Below, one piece after another: positions 27,822 through 37,248 of a stretch of DNA of 64,000 nt (position 1 is its first letter; every line of letters starts with the position of its first letter). A program made the translations under genes and the position numbers. Source of the stretch: a virus (Duplodnaviria > Caudoviricetes); the IMG/VR virus record IMGVR_UViG_3300029288_000110, positions 1 to 64,000 of that record; one strand, given 5' to 3'. Below the pieces are notes generated by a model. The model was not told where the DNA came from. It worked only from the letters and a program-made list of their open reading frames with translations, and ran no database searches.

Positions 27822-28566
27822 CCTGGCCCTGCCGGAAAAGCTGGGCATCAGCCCGGACCCGCTGCGCCTGCGCCTGGACTTTCACGAGCAGCTGGCCATG
27901 ATGACCGTTTTTGAAGGCGATATCGCGCAGGTCAAATGCGTGGCAGTCGCGGACGTGGCCCATGCCATCGCGGACCAGCTCAATTTTGCTACCGGAATAT
28001 TACCCGGCGACGGAGACAGCCCCAACGCGCTCTGGTGGGCGAACACCCCGGAGGGCCCGCTGACGGCGTTATACGAGCCGCCCCGGGTCCGCCGCATTGC
28101 CCTGGCGCAGGAGGTGCCGGCGCCCCGCCGCTTCAACATCCCCCTGCCGGGCTTTATTTTCCTCTGCCGCCCGTCAAAACCGCCGGCGGTCTACGCCGTC
28201 AAAGAACGTCCCGCCGGACCGGGCACGGAGATTTTCCACGCCCCGCTCTGCAACGTTCACCCGGCGGGGAATTCCTGCGGCGGCAGCCACCATTACCCGG
28301 CGGACGTGGGGCGGATACCGGCGGACTTCTTCCTCTGCTACTTCGCGGATGACGCGGTCACCCGGCACGATGTCTCGAAGAAGTTCCAGGGGGACATCGT
28401 CAAATTGTGGGAAAGCCTGGAGGGGAAAAAGAGATACCCGCTCGATGACCTTGTCCGCTTCGGGACGGTAAAAGACCTGACCGGCTCCGTGGCATCGGAA
28501 AACGTTCCGGATGATGATGACGACTTTGACGACGAAGACGAGGAGGAATTCCCCGATGATGAATAA
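27745..28566 (+). CDS. PRTRC system protein B (prokaryotic E2 family D-like)
   Basis: IPLPGFIF, VYAVKERP, FHAPLCNVHPAGNSCGG; ATG 27745 after TAAGGAGG. Confidence 0.8.
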   Translation: MPRKSKPTRVSARPPARTWPPSGVFNLALPEKLGISPDPLRLRLDFHEQLAMMTVFEGDIAQVKCVAVADVAHAIADQLNFATGILPGDGDSPNALWWANTPEGPLTALYEPPRVRRIALAQEVPAPRRFNIPLPGFIFLCRPSKPPAVYAVKERPAGPGTEIFHAPLCNVHPAGNSCGGSHHYPADVGRIPADFFLCYFADDAVTRHDVSKKFQGDIVKLWESLEGKKRYPLDDLVRFGTVKDLTGSVASENVPDDDDDFDDEDEEEFPDDE

Positions 28567-29245
28567 CCTGGTGGGATATATGGTGAACACGATCATCGCC
28601 CAGGAAAACCGGATACAGCACGCCGGGTCGGCATATACCTATGTCATGGCGGGAAACGGCAACTGGATCGTCGCGGAAAACACTCACATTTTTGCGCGTA
28701 TTCAAGTGTCGGAAGTAAATATCCGCGGACTGATGCCGCTCACCCCTTCATTTTGGTTAAAGCACGGCCGCATCCCGCAGCGCTTATGGGACCTCGCCCT
28801 GTCCGTCCTCCTCGCCCACCCGGAAGAAGAGCGTTACGTGGGCATCCGCTGGAACAGCGGCGCGGCCTATGATATTTTTTACCCCGCCCAGGACGGCCAT
28901 GAGGCCAGCCTGACTTATGATTGCGGCCAGGACATTGTCTTTGAGATACACAGCCACCCCGGCATGAAGCCCTTCTTTAGCGGGCCGGCCTCCAGAGAAG
29001 GCACGGATGATCACGATGAGCAGGGATTGAAGATCTACGGGGTGGTGGGGCAGGACATGATTGAGATTGAGCACATATTACCTGATCCCGATCCCTCGAT
29101 ACTCGAATCCGGCTCACTCGCTGTCAACCTGCGTATCGGGGTGTATGGCTATTTCCACCCGGTCAAGTGGACGGATGTGTTTGAGGGAAGCTTGGGGGAC
29201 GTTATCGATGTTAACAAGGAGAACGAAGATGCCGAAGAAGAATAG
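28556..29245 (+). CDS. PRTRC system protein A (JAB/MPN metalloprotease)
   Basis: YVMAGNG, EIHSH..FFS...TDDHDE, RIGVYGYF. Confidence 0.85.
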   Translation: MMNNLVGYMVNTIIAQENRIQHAGSAYTYVMAGNGNWIVAENTHIFARIQVSEVNIRGLMPLTPSFWLKHGRIPQRLWDLALSVLLAHPEEERYVGIRWNSGAAYDIFYPAQDGHEASLTYDCGQDIVFEIHSHPGMKPFFSGPASREGTDDHDEQGLKIYGVVGQDMIEIEHILPDPDPSILESGSLAVNLRIGVYGYFHPVKWTDVFEGSLGDVIDVNKENEDAEEE

Positions 29246-30062
29246 CCCGGCGCGCTGGGTTGTAGCCAACAAAAACTTCCGGCAGGAACCGGAGATCATC
29301 ATCGCGGGGTGCGGGGGGACGGGCGGCTTTATCGCGGAGGGGCTGTGCCGGCTATTCACGGGCCGGGCGGCGCGGCTCGCCTTAATCGATATGGACACGG
29401 TGGAGGAGCGCAACCTGTTACGGCAGAACTTCTTCCCGGAGGATATCGGCAAGTTCAAAAGCCAGGCGCTGGCGGAGAGGCTGGCGCGGCGGTACGGGCG
29501 GGAGGTCGTTTACTCCGTCAACGAATACCGCGGGGAGATGCTGGGGGCGTCCTGGGGCGAGGGCATGAACGAGGTTCTACGCGGGGATATCGTCATCGGG
29601 TGCGTGGATAATGCGGCGGCGCGGCGGAGCATCGCTAAAAGCATCAAGCATAACTGGTGGCTGGACACCGGCAACGGGGAGCATTACGGCCAGGTGCTGC
29701 TGGGCAACGCGGCGGGGCAATCGCTCAAAGGCTGCCTTAAAAAAGACGGGACAGTATCATATCTGCCGCTGCCCACGGTGCAGGAGCCGTCATTACTGAT
29801 ACCGGCCCCGGCCAAAAAGCGCGGCCCCACCTGCGCGGAGGCGGTGGAGCTGGGGGACCAAAGCCCGGCGGTCAACCAGGTGATGGCGTCCCTGGCGGTG
29901 GAGTTCGTGCGGCGCATCATCGGGGGGACGCTGGAATGGATGGGTGTTTATATCGACCTGGATACGATGACGATGACCCCGGTGCCTATCACGCCGGCGG
30001 CGATCGCCCGGATGAGCGGCCTGAAAGCGGCGGAAATATTGGAGAGGGGGAAGGGCAAATGA
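29229..30062 (+). CDS. PRTRC ThiF-family (E1-like) adenylyltransferase
   Basis: GCGGTGG, DMDTVEERNLLRQNF, GCVDNAAAR, WLDTGN, TCAEA. Confidence 0.92.
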   Translation: MPKKNSPARWVVANKNFRQEPEIIIAGCGGTGGFIAEGLCRLFTGRAARLALIDMDTVEERNLLRQNFFPEDIGKFKSQALAERLARRYGREVVYSVNEYRGEMLGASWGEGMNEVLRGDIVIGCVDNAAARRSIAKSIKHNWWLDTGNGEHYGQVLLGNAAGQSLKGCLKKDGTVSYLPLPTVQEPSLLIPAPAKKRGPTCAEAVELGDQSPAVNQVMASLAVEFVRRIIGGTLEWMGVYIDLDTMTMTPVPITPAAIARMSGLKAAEILERGKGK

Positions 30063-30535
30063 AAGCATTATCCGTTAAACAGCCGTGGGCGTATTTACTC
30101 TTTGGCCCTAAAGACATCGAGAATCGGAACTGGGCAGTCGGCAGAAGCCCTCACCATGGACCGTACCAGAGCCAGCAGGCAAATTTCAGTTTGGCTCTCC
30201 CATCGAGGATTTACATACACGCCGGAAAATCCAAAGACGAAATGACCAAGGAAACAATCGCCTTCATTTTACGGCGGCTGGATGAAAAAGAAGCGGCGTA
30301 CTTCATGATCCATTATGAAAAGCTCTATTTCGGCGCGATCATCGGGGAGGTGGACATCATCGCCTGCGTCACGGAATCACCATCGCCCTGGTTCACAGGA
30401 AAATACGGCTTTGTCAGAACTAATCCCAAACTCTATAAAGTTCCGGTTTATTGTCCAGGCCAACTTGGCTTCTTTGAGGTTGGGGCGGAAGTGGAATACC
30501 GGATAAAAATGCAAAATACGGAGGCCTCGCGCTGA
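30059..30535 (+). CDS. ASCH domain protein
   Basis: MKALSVKQPWA..KDIENR..IYIHAG..GQLGFF. Confidence 0.9.
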   Translation: MKALSVKQPWAYLLFGPKDIENRNWAVGRSPHHGPYQSQQANFSLALPSRIYIHAGKSKDEMTKETIAFILRRLDEKEAAYFMIHYEKLYFGAIIGEVDIIACVTESPSPWFTGKYGFVRTNPKLYKVPVYCPGQLGFFEVGAEVEYRIKMQNTEASR

Positions 30536-30897
30536 TGGACTGGCCGGAATTCAAAGGGCAGATAAAGCTCGTGATATTGCGGCATCCCGGACGGGAGAAC
30601 GCTATCACGGGCGGGGAGATCGCCCTGGGGTTCGGACTGAAAGACGATAGGAAAGTGCGGCTGGCGATAGACGAATTGATTGACGACGGCTTTCCGGTCT
30701 GCTCGGCCACGGACACGGACAAACTGAAGGGATGGAAGCCCGGCTATTTCTTCCCCCGGACGCTGGAGGAGGCCCGGGAATGTTACGGCAAATGGCGCCA
30801 CCGCGGGCTGGATGTCTGCGTACGGGCGCGGAAGATGCTCAAAGCGGCCAGGCTCTACCACGAGGGTGCCCGGCAGCTGGAACTGCTGGCGGTATAA
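30535..30897 (+). CDS. winged-HTH protein
   Basis: AITGGEIA..DRKVRLAIDELIDDGFPVCS..GYF. Confidence 0.7.
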   Translation: MDWPEFKGQIKLVILRHPGRENAITGGEIALGFGLKDDRKVRLAIDELIDDGFPVCSATDTDKLKGWKPGYFFPRTLEEARECYGKWRHRGLDVCVRARKMLKAARLYHEGARQLELLAV

Positions 30898-30908
30898 GGG
30901 AGGCTGAA

Positions 30909-31826
30909 ATGAACACAAAGTCATACTCGCCTGACAGGAAAAAGAAGTATATCGATTCTATTGCTGGCGATGTTTGCGGCATAACGGGGCAGGGGCACCA
31001 GTGGGACTGCCAGCCTTACTGCCGGGGCATATCGAGGGGAACTTGCGGATGCGGCGCGGTCAGATTCTTCGCCACCACGCTTTACTACCCGGAAGCGCAA
31101 AAACTCCTCGACCATTATAACGCCAAACACGGACGGCCCGGCAAGGCCTATGGAGGGCCGCCAATCATTAAAAATATTCCAAAAAATATTCCACAAGAAA
31201 TAAAAAAGGAGGAAAAAATGACAGCACAAATACCTGCCAAAGAATTACCCCCGGACATGAAAGAAAAACTCGGCATCAACAAAACCGGCACGGCGCTGGC
31301 GGAGCCGCCCCCGTCCCATGCGGTAACGCCCCGGAAAGACGGCGCTTACAGCCGGGAGGAAAAGAAGCTCATCGCGGAGGAGGGGCGCGCCTGCGCCAGC
31401 AAAGCCGCCCGTAAAGTGATTGCGGATTTTTACGGTATCACGCCCATGAGTCTCCACGGCTGGTACATGGTTTATGTCATTAATGCGAATAAAGAAAGGA
31501 AATTGACTCCTGCCAGGCTGGAGCAGCTCGCCAAAGCCCGCGCGGCACGCGGCAAGAACAAAGACGCAGCGCCCATTGCCCCCTCTGCGCCGCCAATACA
31601 AACCGGTGTTGATAACGACGCAGTGCCCGGGCCGGATAAAACCGTCGTCACTCTCACCATGCGCCTCGACAATGACCAGCTGGATAAAGACATCGCCGCC
31701 GCCCGGGAGAAAGTCGAAGAATTAAACCTGCTCAAGCTCTCCATCCTCCCCAAGCCCCGCTGGTGGTGGACGCAGAAAACCCTGCGCTATTACATGGCCA
31801 CGGTGGAAAGGCTTATCGGTAAATGA
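30909..31826 (+). CDS. hypothetical protein
   Basis: ATG after GGGAGG; long open frame. Confidence 0.65.
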   Translation: MNTKSYSPDRKKKYIDSIAGDVCGITGQGHQWDCQPYCRGISRGTCGCGAVRFFATTLYYPEAQKLLDHYNAKHGRPGKAYGGPPIIKNIPKNIPQEIKKEEKMTAQIPAKELPPDMKEKLGINKTGTALAEPPPSHAVTPRKDGAYSREEKKLIAEEGRACASKAARKVIADFYGITPMSLHGWYMVYVINANKERKLTPARLEQLAKARAARGKNKDAAPIAPSAPPIQTGVDNDAVPGPDKTVVTLTMRLDNDQLDKDIAAAREKVEELNLLKLSILPKPRWWWTQKTLRYYMATVERLIGK

Positions 31827-32158
31827 AAACGGGCGGCTGCTCCAAATGCGGCGGGGATACTTATTATGAGATTGAAATTTATGGCATCGAGGAAAAGTGC
31901 CTCCAATGCGGGTTTGCGGTCAAGAGCGTTGAGGTAAAGCGCTACCGGACCGCCCCCGCCGAGCCCACGCCGGAGCAGAAGAAAACCGCCCGCCGGGCCG
32001 CCACCGATGCGCGCAACAAAGAAATCCTGCGCCTGGCGGACGAAGAAAAAATGACCTACGGAGCAATCGGGTTCCGCTATAGGCTGGCAAAGTCGACGAT
32101 TAGACTAATATGCCAGATGGAACGGTTAAAGGAGGAGAAGATATGTCCAACAAATTAA
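31823..32158 (+). CDS. zinc ribbon plus HTH protein
   Basis: CSKCGG..CLQCG; RNKEILRL..TYGAIG. Confidence 0.7.
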   Translation: MKTGGCSKCGGDTYYEIEIYGIEEKCLQCGFAVKSVEVKRYRTAPAEPTPEQKKTARRAATDARNKEILRLADEEKMTYGAIGFRYRLAKSTIRLICQMERLKEEKICPTN

Positions 32159-33126
32159 TCAGGCTCGGGCCCACCGGCATCGAATACGGTGATTACGCCT
32201 GGAATTTTTACAGCGGCTGCCGGCACCACGAAGAGGGCAAGTGCGCGGCCAACCCCTGCTGGGCGGAAACGTTCGTAAAAAGGTTCCCCAAGGTCTATCC
32301 CAACGGCTTTGCTCCGACTTTCCACCCGGAGGCGTTTTTATCCCCCCTCGCTCTCCCCAAAAAGAAAGCCTTCAACCGGGTCGATGGCAAACCCCGCGTC
32401 CTGGTGAACTTTATGGGGGATATGTTCGGGGACTGGGTGGACCCGAGACAAAAATTTCCTCTCGACTTAGGTTATGCGAAATTTGATGAAATGCTCTATA
32501 TAACCATCAAAAATACCATACTAAAACGCCCCGACTTAACCTTCGTTTTCTGTACCAAGAATCCGGCCGGGATGCAGTCCTGGGGCAAGTTCCCGGACAA
32601 CTGCGAGGTAGGCTTTAGCCTCACTGATTCAGAGGAATTCCTGCCGCGCTTTGAAGCGATGGCCGAGGTAAACGCGAGGGTTAAGTGGATAAGCATCGAG
32701 CCGCTGTTAAAATGGCGGGAAGATTTTTACACAGACGCCTGGAAGGAGTTCGACTGGGTGGCTTTGGGGGGGCTGACGGGGGCGCGGGGAGACCTCGACC
32801 GCGTGATAGGTGATTATCCCAAGTTGCGCTTCCGGCATCTATCGGAAAAAGGCAACCGCTATGTCCTGGCGCCGCCGGTAGCCTGGCTGAAAAACATCGT
32901 TAGCCAGTGCGATGCCGCCGGCACGAAGGTCTTTATCAAAGACAACCTCTCGAAATGGCTGACCGATTATGATTTTGAGACTCACATGGCGGACCACGAC
33001 CTGTTCTTTGAAACGATGAGCGGACTCCGGCAGGACTGCGGTGGGCGGATATCGGAGACGGTGCGGGTGACGGAACCTAACGATGGGGAGTTTTATCAGG
33101 AGCCAGAGGTGCAGGAGGAATCATGA
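32143..33126 (+). CDS. DUF5131 (Gp37/Gp68-like) protein
   Basis: IEY..WNFYSGC..C..CWA, MGDMF, TKNP, WISIEPLL, DWVALGG, VFIKDN. Confidence 0.85.
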   Translation: MSNKLIRLGPTGIEYGDYAWNFYSGCRHHEEGKCAANPCWAETFVKRFPKVYPNGFAPTFHPEAFLSPLALPKKKAFNRVDGKPRVLVNFMGDMFGDWVDPRQKFPLDLGYAKFDEMLYITIKNTILKRPDLTFVFCTKNPAGMQSWGKFPDNCEVGFSLTDSEEFLPRFEAMAEVNARVKWISIEPLLKWREDFYTDAWKEFDWVALGGLTGARGDLDRVIGDYPKLRFRHLSEKGNRYVLAPPVAWLKNIVSQCDAAGTKVFIKDNLSKWLTDYDFETHMADHDLFFETMSGLRQDCGGRISETVRVTEPNDGEFYQEPEVQEES

Positions 33127-33302
33127 TGAAAAAGAAGATTTTATTATCGCTATTAGGCTTCGCCATATTGAATGGAGCGTTTTCAATCTACTCATTTATT
33201 CAATCGGGTAACTGGTGGATAGGTCCGGTGATAGTAACAGCCTTCCTTTTTGTAGTTTTCTCTTTATGGTGGATAGCTATCAAGATATTTTTGGAGGATT
33301 AA
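33123..33302 (+). CDS. small two-TM membrane protein, not in the ORF track
   Basis: hand translation MMKKKILLSLLGFAIL...WWIAIKIFLED after GGAGG. Confidence 0.55.
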   Translation: MMKKKILLSLLGFAILNGAFSIYSFIQSGNWWIGPVIVTAFLFVVFSLWWIAIKIFLED

Positions 33303-33319
33303 ATAGGAAAGGACACGCC

Positions 33320-33499
33320 ATGCTTGAGACAACCGAAGGTAGGAAGGTGCGAATAAAACTCGTCAGGAATTGGGTTTGTTTAATATTACGTCATCGGTGG
33401 AGTAAGTGGCACAAGAGTCAACTTCAACCGTTAAATGATTTTAGATATTGCTCCCGGTGCGGATGCGAGGAGCACAAAAGAGTGAGAAATTATGCCTAA
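33320..33499 (+). CDS. small Cys/His protein (DUF1660-like)
   Basis: CLILRHRW...CSRCG. Confidence 0.55.
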   Translation: MLETTEGRKVRIKLVRNWVCLILRHRWSKWHKSQLQPLNDFRYCSRCGCEEHKRVRNYA

Positions 33500-34211
33500 A
33501 CGCGGCAGCCAGAGCGTCAGGGAGCAGAATTACAAGTGGCTGGCGGCCACCTGGACGGAGCGCTGCATCCTGAATCCGGAGCATTTGCCCCCGCCCGGCG
33601 GCCGGCTGGATATAGACGAGATCAGCTACGCCCCGGAGCATTATGACGACCCGGCCAACCTCTCCCTGGTCTGCCACAGCTGTAACTGCTTCCTGCGCGG
33701 CCAGCCGGAGGAAGTCCACCGCCGCATCATCGTTAACGCCCGCCGAAAACGGCGGGAGCTAATGGCGCAAGAGGAAAAGGGGAGGTCGGCGGCAGCTATC
33801 GGGGATAAAGGGGAGGAGGGGAGGCTCGCCAGGCAGCTCAAAAAAGCCCGGCGGCAGACCGGCATCGATACCCCCCTCCCGGACACGGAATTTAAAAAAG
33901 GGGTGCTGGATTATTTCAACGGCTCGTCGGAGATGAAGGCCAACGCCAAGTTCTACCCGGCCTTCGCGCTCGTGGCATGGCAGACGCTGATGGAACGGGG
34001 GCCGGTGGCGGAGGACGACCTGCTGGACATCGGGGCGCTATTGACGAAGGCCAACCAGACGACGCTCAAGCGGTACCTGAAGGGCTGGTGCGCGCCCCAC
34101 AAAGACGCGCCGCTGACGCGCACGGACGAGGGCGGGCGATGGATGATTTATTTTAAGAACCCGGCGCAGGCAAAGCGGGCCGGAGGGAAAAGGAGATGCG
34201 ATGATTATTGA
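33492..34211 (+). CDS. degenerate HNH-like protein with C-terminal domain
   Basis: LDIDEI...NLSLVCHSCN. Confidence 0.55.
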   Translation: MPKRGSQSVREQNYKWLAATWTERCILNPEHLPPPGGRLDIDEISYAPEHYDDPANLSLVCHSCNCFLRGQPEEVHRRIIVNARRKRRELMAQEEKGRSAAAIGDKGEEGRLARQLKKARRQTGIDTPLPDTEFKKGVLDYFNGSSEMKANAKFYPAFALVAWQTLMERGPVAEDDLLDIGALLTKANQTTLKRYLKGWCAPHKDAPLTRTDEGGRWMIYFKNPAQAKRAGGKRRCDDY

Positions 34212-34497
34212 AGGTTATATTTACTACGACGGCAAATGCTATGACGATGATGGGCACTGTGATGAATTTGATTTGATGTTTTGCCGCAGCGATACCGGCG
34301 GTGAACTGTGCCTGAACGATTTTGCAAAAGACCTATTTCCCCAGGGCGTTGTAGGTGATAGTTTCATGGGCCCGATGTCCATCAATGATAAAATGCACGT
34401 TAAACTTCACCTTGATATTGATAAGCTGCAAATCATTTATCCAACAATCGCCATTCCAGACGATGGAACGGGGGGAAAAGGGGGTAAAAGATGGTAA
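34201..34497 (+). CDS. hypothetical protein
   Basis: RBS AGGAG; coupled ORF. Confidence 0.6.
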   Translation: MIIEGYIYYDGKCYDDDGHCDEFDLMFCRSDTGGELCLNDFAKDLFPQGVVGDSFMGPMSINDKMHVKLHLDIDKLQIIYPTIAIPDDGTGGKGGKRW

Positions 34498-34748
34498 AAA
34501 AATGGCGTCCGGAGGGGTGGGAGAAAATCAAGAACGATATACTTTACGAGCCTAATGGAATGGATAAATTTTCAGACTCTTACGTTGCCGACCCTGCTTT
34601 TGAGGCCGGCGCGGACGCCATGCTGGAAGCGTTGAGGAAAATGGGTGTTACCGCCAGAGGAAACGATGGGGATACCCGCGTATGGGGAATAGAAGTCTTT
34701 ATTCCGGACGATGCTGCCAACGGTCAGCCGGAGGAAGACAGTAAATGA
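34491..34748 (+). CDS. hypothetical protein
   Basis: WRPEGW..FEAGADAMLEAL; coupled ORF. Confidence 0.65.
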   Translation: MVKKWRPEGWEKIKNDILYEPNGMDKFSDSYVADPAFEAGADAMLEALRKMGVTARGNDGDTRVWGIEVFIPDDAANGQPEEDSK

Positions 34749-34948
34749 ATCCCGTTGACCCGGAGCTGGCCTGGGACGGGCACGCCTCGGTCACGCCGAA
34801 TACGCCGGTCTATCTCTACCGCTGCGGCAGTAAAAAATATTACCGCCTCTCCCCCAAGGGGGCGGAGGCGGGGCGGATAAAGCTGGCGGAAGAGCTGCGC
34901 AAACCCGTCAGCGAGGTAGTTATTTTAAACGGAGGGCATATAATTTGA
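34745..34948 (+). CDS. hypothetical protein
   Basis: ATGA overlap coupling. Confidence 0.55.
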   Translation: MNPVDPELAWDGHASVTPNTPVYLYRCGSKKYYRLSPKGAEAGRIKLAEELRKPVSEVVILNGGHII

Positions 34949-35133
34949 CGCTCATCAACCTCGACCTGCTGCGCCTCCAGGCGGAAGTGGAAGCCGGGAG
35001 ACTGCGCGAGGGCAAAAGCGCGGACTGGCTGGAAGGCTGGGAAGAGGCTTTGAGGTTCGTCAGCGATTATTTTGCCGCGCGGGATAAAGCGGTAATGCAG
35101 GATTTAAATGCAGAGCGGGAGGAGCCGTTATGA
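34945..35133 (+). CDS. hypothetical protein
   Basis: TTG start after GGAGG; coupled. Confidence 0.5.
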   Translation: MTLINLDLLRLQAEVEAGRLREGKSADWLEGWEEALRFVSDYFAARDKAVMQDLNAEREEPL

Positions 35134-35711
35134 CGCGCCGCTATTTAAGGGATGATGTCATCGGGCGGGAGTACCTCGCCTATGTGTCGCCGGGCAGCGT
35201 CCGTTATGATACGGAGGATATCGTTTTCCTTTTCCCCTGGCTCAAAGCGATGCGGGAGGGCATCGGGCCCGCCGACCCCCAATCCTCCCGGAGCGTCTCG
35301 CGCCGCAGCAAAGACTACGCCCATTACGAGGCCTGGTGCAAGGTGGCCGCAGAGATTGACCGGCGGCTGGAAAGATGCCACGAGGACCGGCTCATCGCGG
35401 AGCGCTATCTGGACCACCTGGACGGCCTCGCCCGGCCGGAAAGCCCGGTGGAATATGATGAGGTCATGGCGCGCATCGCGCGGGAGATCCACCGGGACAC
35501 GCGCAAAGTCCATCGCGCCCTCCAGAGCGTCCTCTCCTATATAGCCAGCGGTCCTTGCCCGCGCTGGCTGGCCTGCGTTGACTGTGACGCCTGCCATACC
35601 TGCCGCAAACTGGCGGAGATGGAGCGGACGGGCAAAAAGCGGGACGTCTGCACCTACGAGGAGTGGAAAGGGCACCGCCGCAACAAGCCCACCGGAGGAG
35701 AGCCAAAATAG
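35130..35711 (+). CDS. hypothetical protein, possible late transcription regulator
   Basis: last gene of accessory arm; helical HTH-like segment and Cys cluster. Confidence 0.5.
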   Translation: MTRRYLRDDVIGREYLAYVSPGSVRYDTEDIVFLFPWLKAMREGIGPADPQSSRSVSRRSKDYAHYEAWCKVAAEIDRRLERCHEDRLIAERYLDHLDGLARPESPVEYDEVMARIAREIHRDTRKVHRALQSVLSYIASGPCPRWLACVDCDACHTCRKLAEMERTGKKRDVCTYEEWKGHRRNKPTGGEPK

Positions 35712-35755
35712 CCTCCGCGCCGGGGGCGGGTAGTTAGTGAAGCTACCCGAAGCCA

Positions 35756-35785
35756 AGTAACTATCCCATGACATACAGTAGGAGG
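35756..35785 (+). repeat. orphan RBS-bearing cassette end
   Basis: AGTAACTATCCCATGACATACAGTAGGAGG, similar to reverse complement of 39398-39425 and 43142-43169. Confidence 0.65.
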
Positions 35786-35790
35786 CTAAA

Positions 35791-36111
35791 GTGACAGAGA
35801 CTAAATATAGAGCTAAGAATATCAAATCTGGCGAATGGGTTTATGGGTGTTATGTTTATTTTGGTGTAAAACCTGCGTTTATATATTCTGCTATTGGGGA
35901 ACGGATAGAGGTTGAACCTCTTACAGCAAGAAGATTTACCGGCCTCAAGGATAAGAACGGCAAGGAGATTTACGAGGGGGATGTGCTTCAAGCAACATCA
36001 ACTGGCGGGAATATATTATCTCAAAATCCAAGATGGAGGGCAAAGGGCTATCTGCGGTTTATGCGCTCGACGATGGACTTCATCAGCCCTCCATCCGCTA
36101 CGTCTTTTTGA
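35791..36111 (+). CDS. YopX-family protein (C-terminus possibly degenerate)
   Basis: KYRAK..GEWVYG, FTGLKDKNGKEIYEGDVL. Confidence 0.8.
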   Translation: MTETKYRAKNIKSGEWVYGCYVYFGVKPAFIYSAIGERIEVEPLTARRFTGLKDKNGKEIYEGDVLQATSTGGNILSQNPRWRAKGYLRFMRSTMDFISPPSATSF

Positions 36112-36188
36112 ATTGATAAAAGTAAATTAGATTGGCTATTCGGCAAACTGTATAGAAACAGTATAGCATAATATTGTTGTACAGGGTA

Positions 36189-36217
36189 TTGACAAATAGG
36201 CAAACAGTGTGTATAAT
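36189..36217 (+). promoter_or_regulatory. consensus sigma70 promoter inside ISL3 left end
   Basis: TTGACA-17 nt-TATAAT. Confidence 0.75.
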
Positions 36218-36245
36218 AGGGTTAGAAAGTAAAGAAAAGGGGGAC

Positions 36246-36368
36246 ATGAAAATGCAATGCCCAACCTGCGGTAAAACCGCTAAGAGGATTAAGAGCAAGA
36301 AGTTCCCCGGCTGGTATTATTGCAATAACCCATCTTGCAATACAACCGCTTTTGAAAATAAGTCATAG
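36246..36368 (+). CDS. small zinc-ribbon passenger protein
   Basis: MKMQCPTCG..YCNNPSC after AAGGGG. Confidence 0.55.
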   Translation: MKMQCPTCGKTAKRIKSKKFPGWYYCNNPSCNTTAFENKS

Positions 36369-36380
36369 GGAGGTAACATC

Positions 36381-36746
36381 ATGGGAATACGAGGACAAGG
36401 TAAGTTCACCACAAAGGCATCACGAAAACAAAACGATAAGTTCTTAGAGGAGTTCAAAACTCACCAATCAACATTCAAACAAGCCGATGTTGTACAAGTA
36501 GTCACTAAAGGTTGCGGGACATTCCCCGGACTTATTGTGGCTCGCATTTCAGTAATGAGCGGGGAAACTGTCTATTCCGTAGCTGTTACACGCTATGGTG
36601 GTCTCTGGATTAAGGGCGACTGGGTTATAGATACCTACTGGAACCCGATTGGAGACAAGGCACTTGAGCAAGATTATCCCGGCACGATGGAAGAGATTTT
36701 GAGCAAGTTACCAGTAATCAAAGCGTGGCAGGCGTCATTGCAATGA
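36381..36746 (+). CDS. hypothetical passenger protein
   Basis: RBS GGAGGT. Confidence 0.65.
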   Translation: MGIRGQGKFTTKASRKQNDKFLEEFKTHQSTFKQADVVQVVTKGCGTFPGLIVARISVMSGETVYSVAVTRYGGLWIKGDWVIDTYWNPIGDKALEQDYPGTMEEILSKLPVIKAWQASLQ

Positions 36747-37039
36747 CAGACAATCAAAAGCAGGAAGTCATTAAATTACTAATCGGCTATTATCCTGCTG
36801 GTACATACCATGCAATACCAGAAGCCCTATTCCGGCTTGTCCGGCTACATGGCTTATCCCTAAAGAAAGCCAAAGAGTTGCTATTAGAGGTTATACGACA
36901 AAACGGCTGGAGCATGTGCCCTAGTTCAATAGGAGCAATGACACTAGGAAATGTTAATGGAATGAGGGGCGAAAAGCGGATATTACAGTGGTACATACGG
37001 ACTGATTGCTATTACACTCATTTTTATATCCTTAAATAG
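36743..37039 (+). CDS. hypothetical passenger protein
   Basis: ATGA overlap with upstream gene. Confidence 0.55.
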   Translation: MTDNQKQEVIKLLIGYYPAGTYHAIPEALFRLVRLHGLSLKKAKELLLEVIRQNGWSMCPSSIGAMTLGNVNGMRGEKRILQWYIRTDCYYTHFYILK

Positions 37040-37062
37040 GGTATCATAAAGGAGTCTTAAAA

Positions 37063-37248
37063 ATGTCTTCACCAAGTAACTACCCTCCCGGAGTATCAGG
37101 GTTTGAATTTCAAGTGAACCCGCCAGAGCGCTTACCCAAAGAACCTAGTAAAAGACTCAAACCATGCAGTCATGCTATTAGCATTCCATATTGTTCTCAT
37201 AGAACAACATCTGGTCTTTGCAGAGTAAGATGGTGCGATAAAGCGTAA
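37063..37248 (+). CDS. small passenger protein
   Basis: RBS AAGGAG; SNYPPGVSG start. Confidence 0.55.
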   Translation: MSSPSNYPPGVSGFEFQVNPPERLPKEPSKRLKPCSHAISIPYCSHRTTSGLCRVRWCDKA

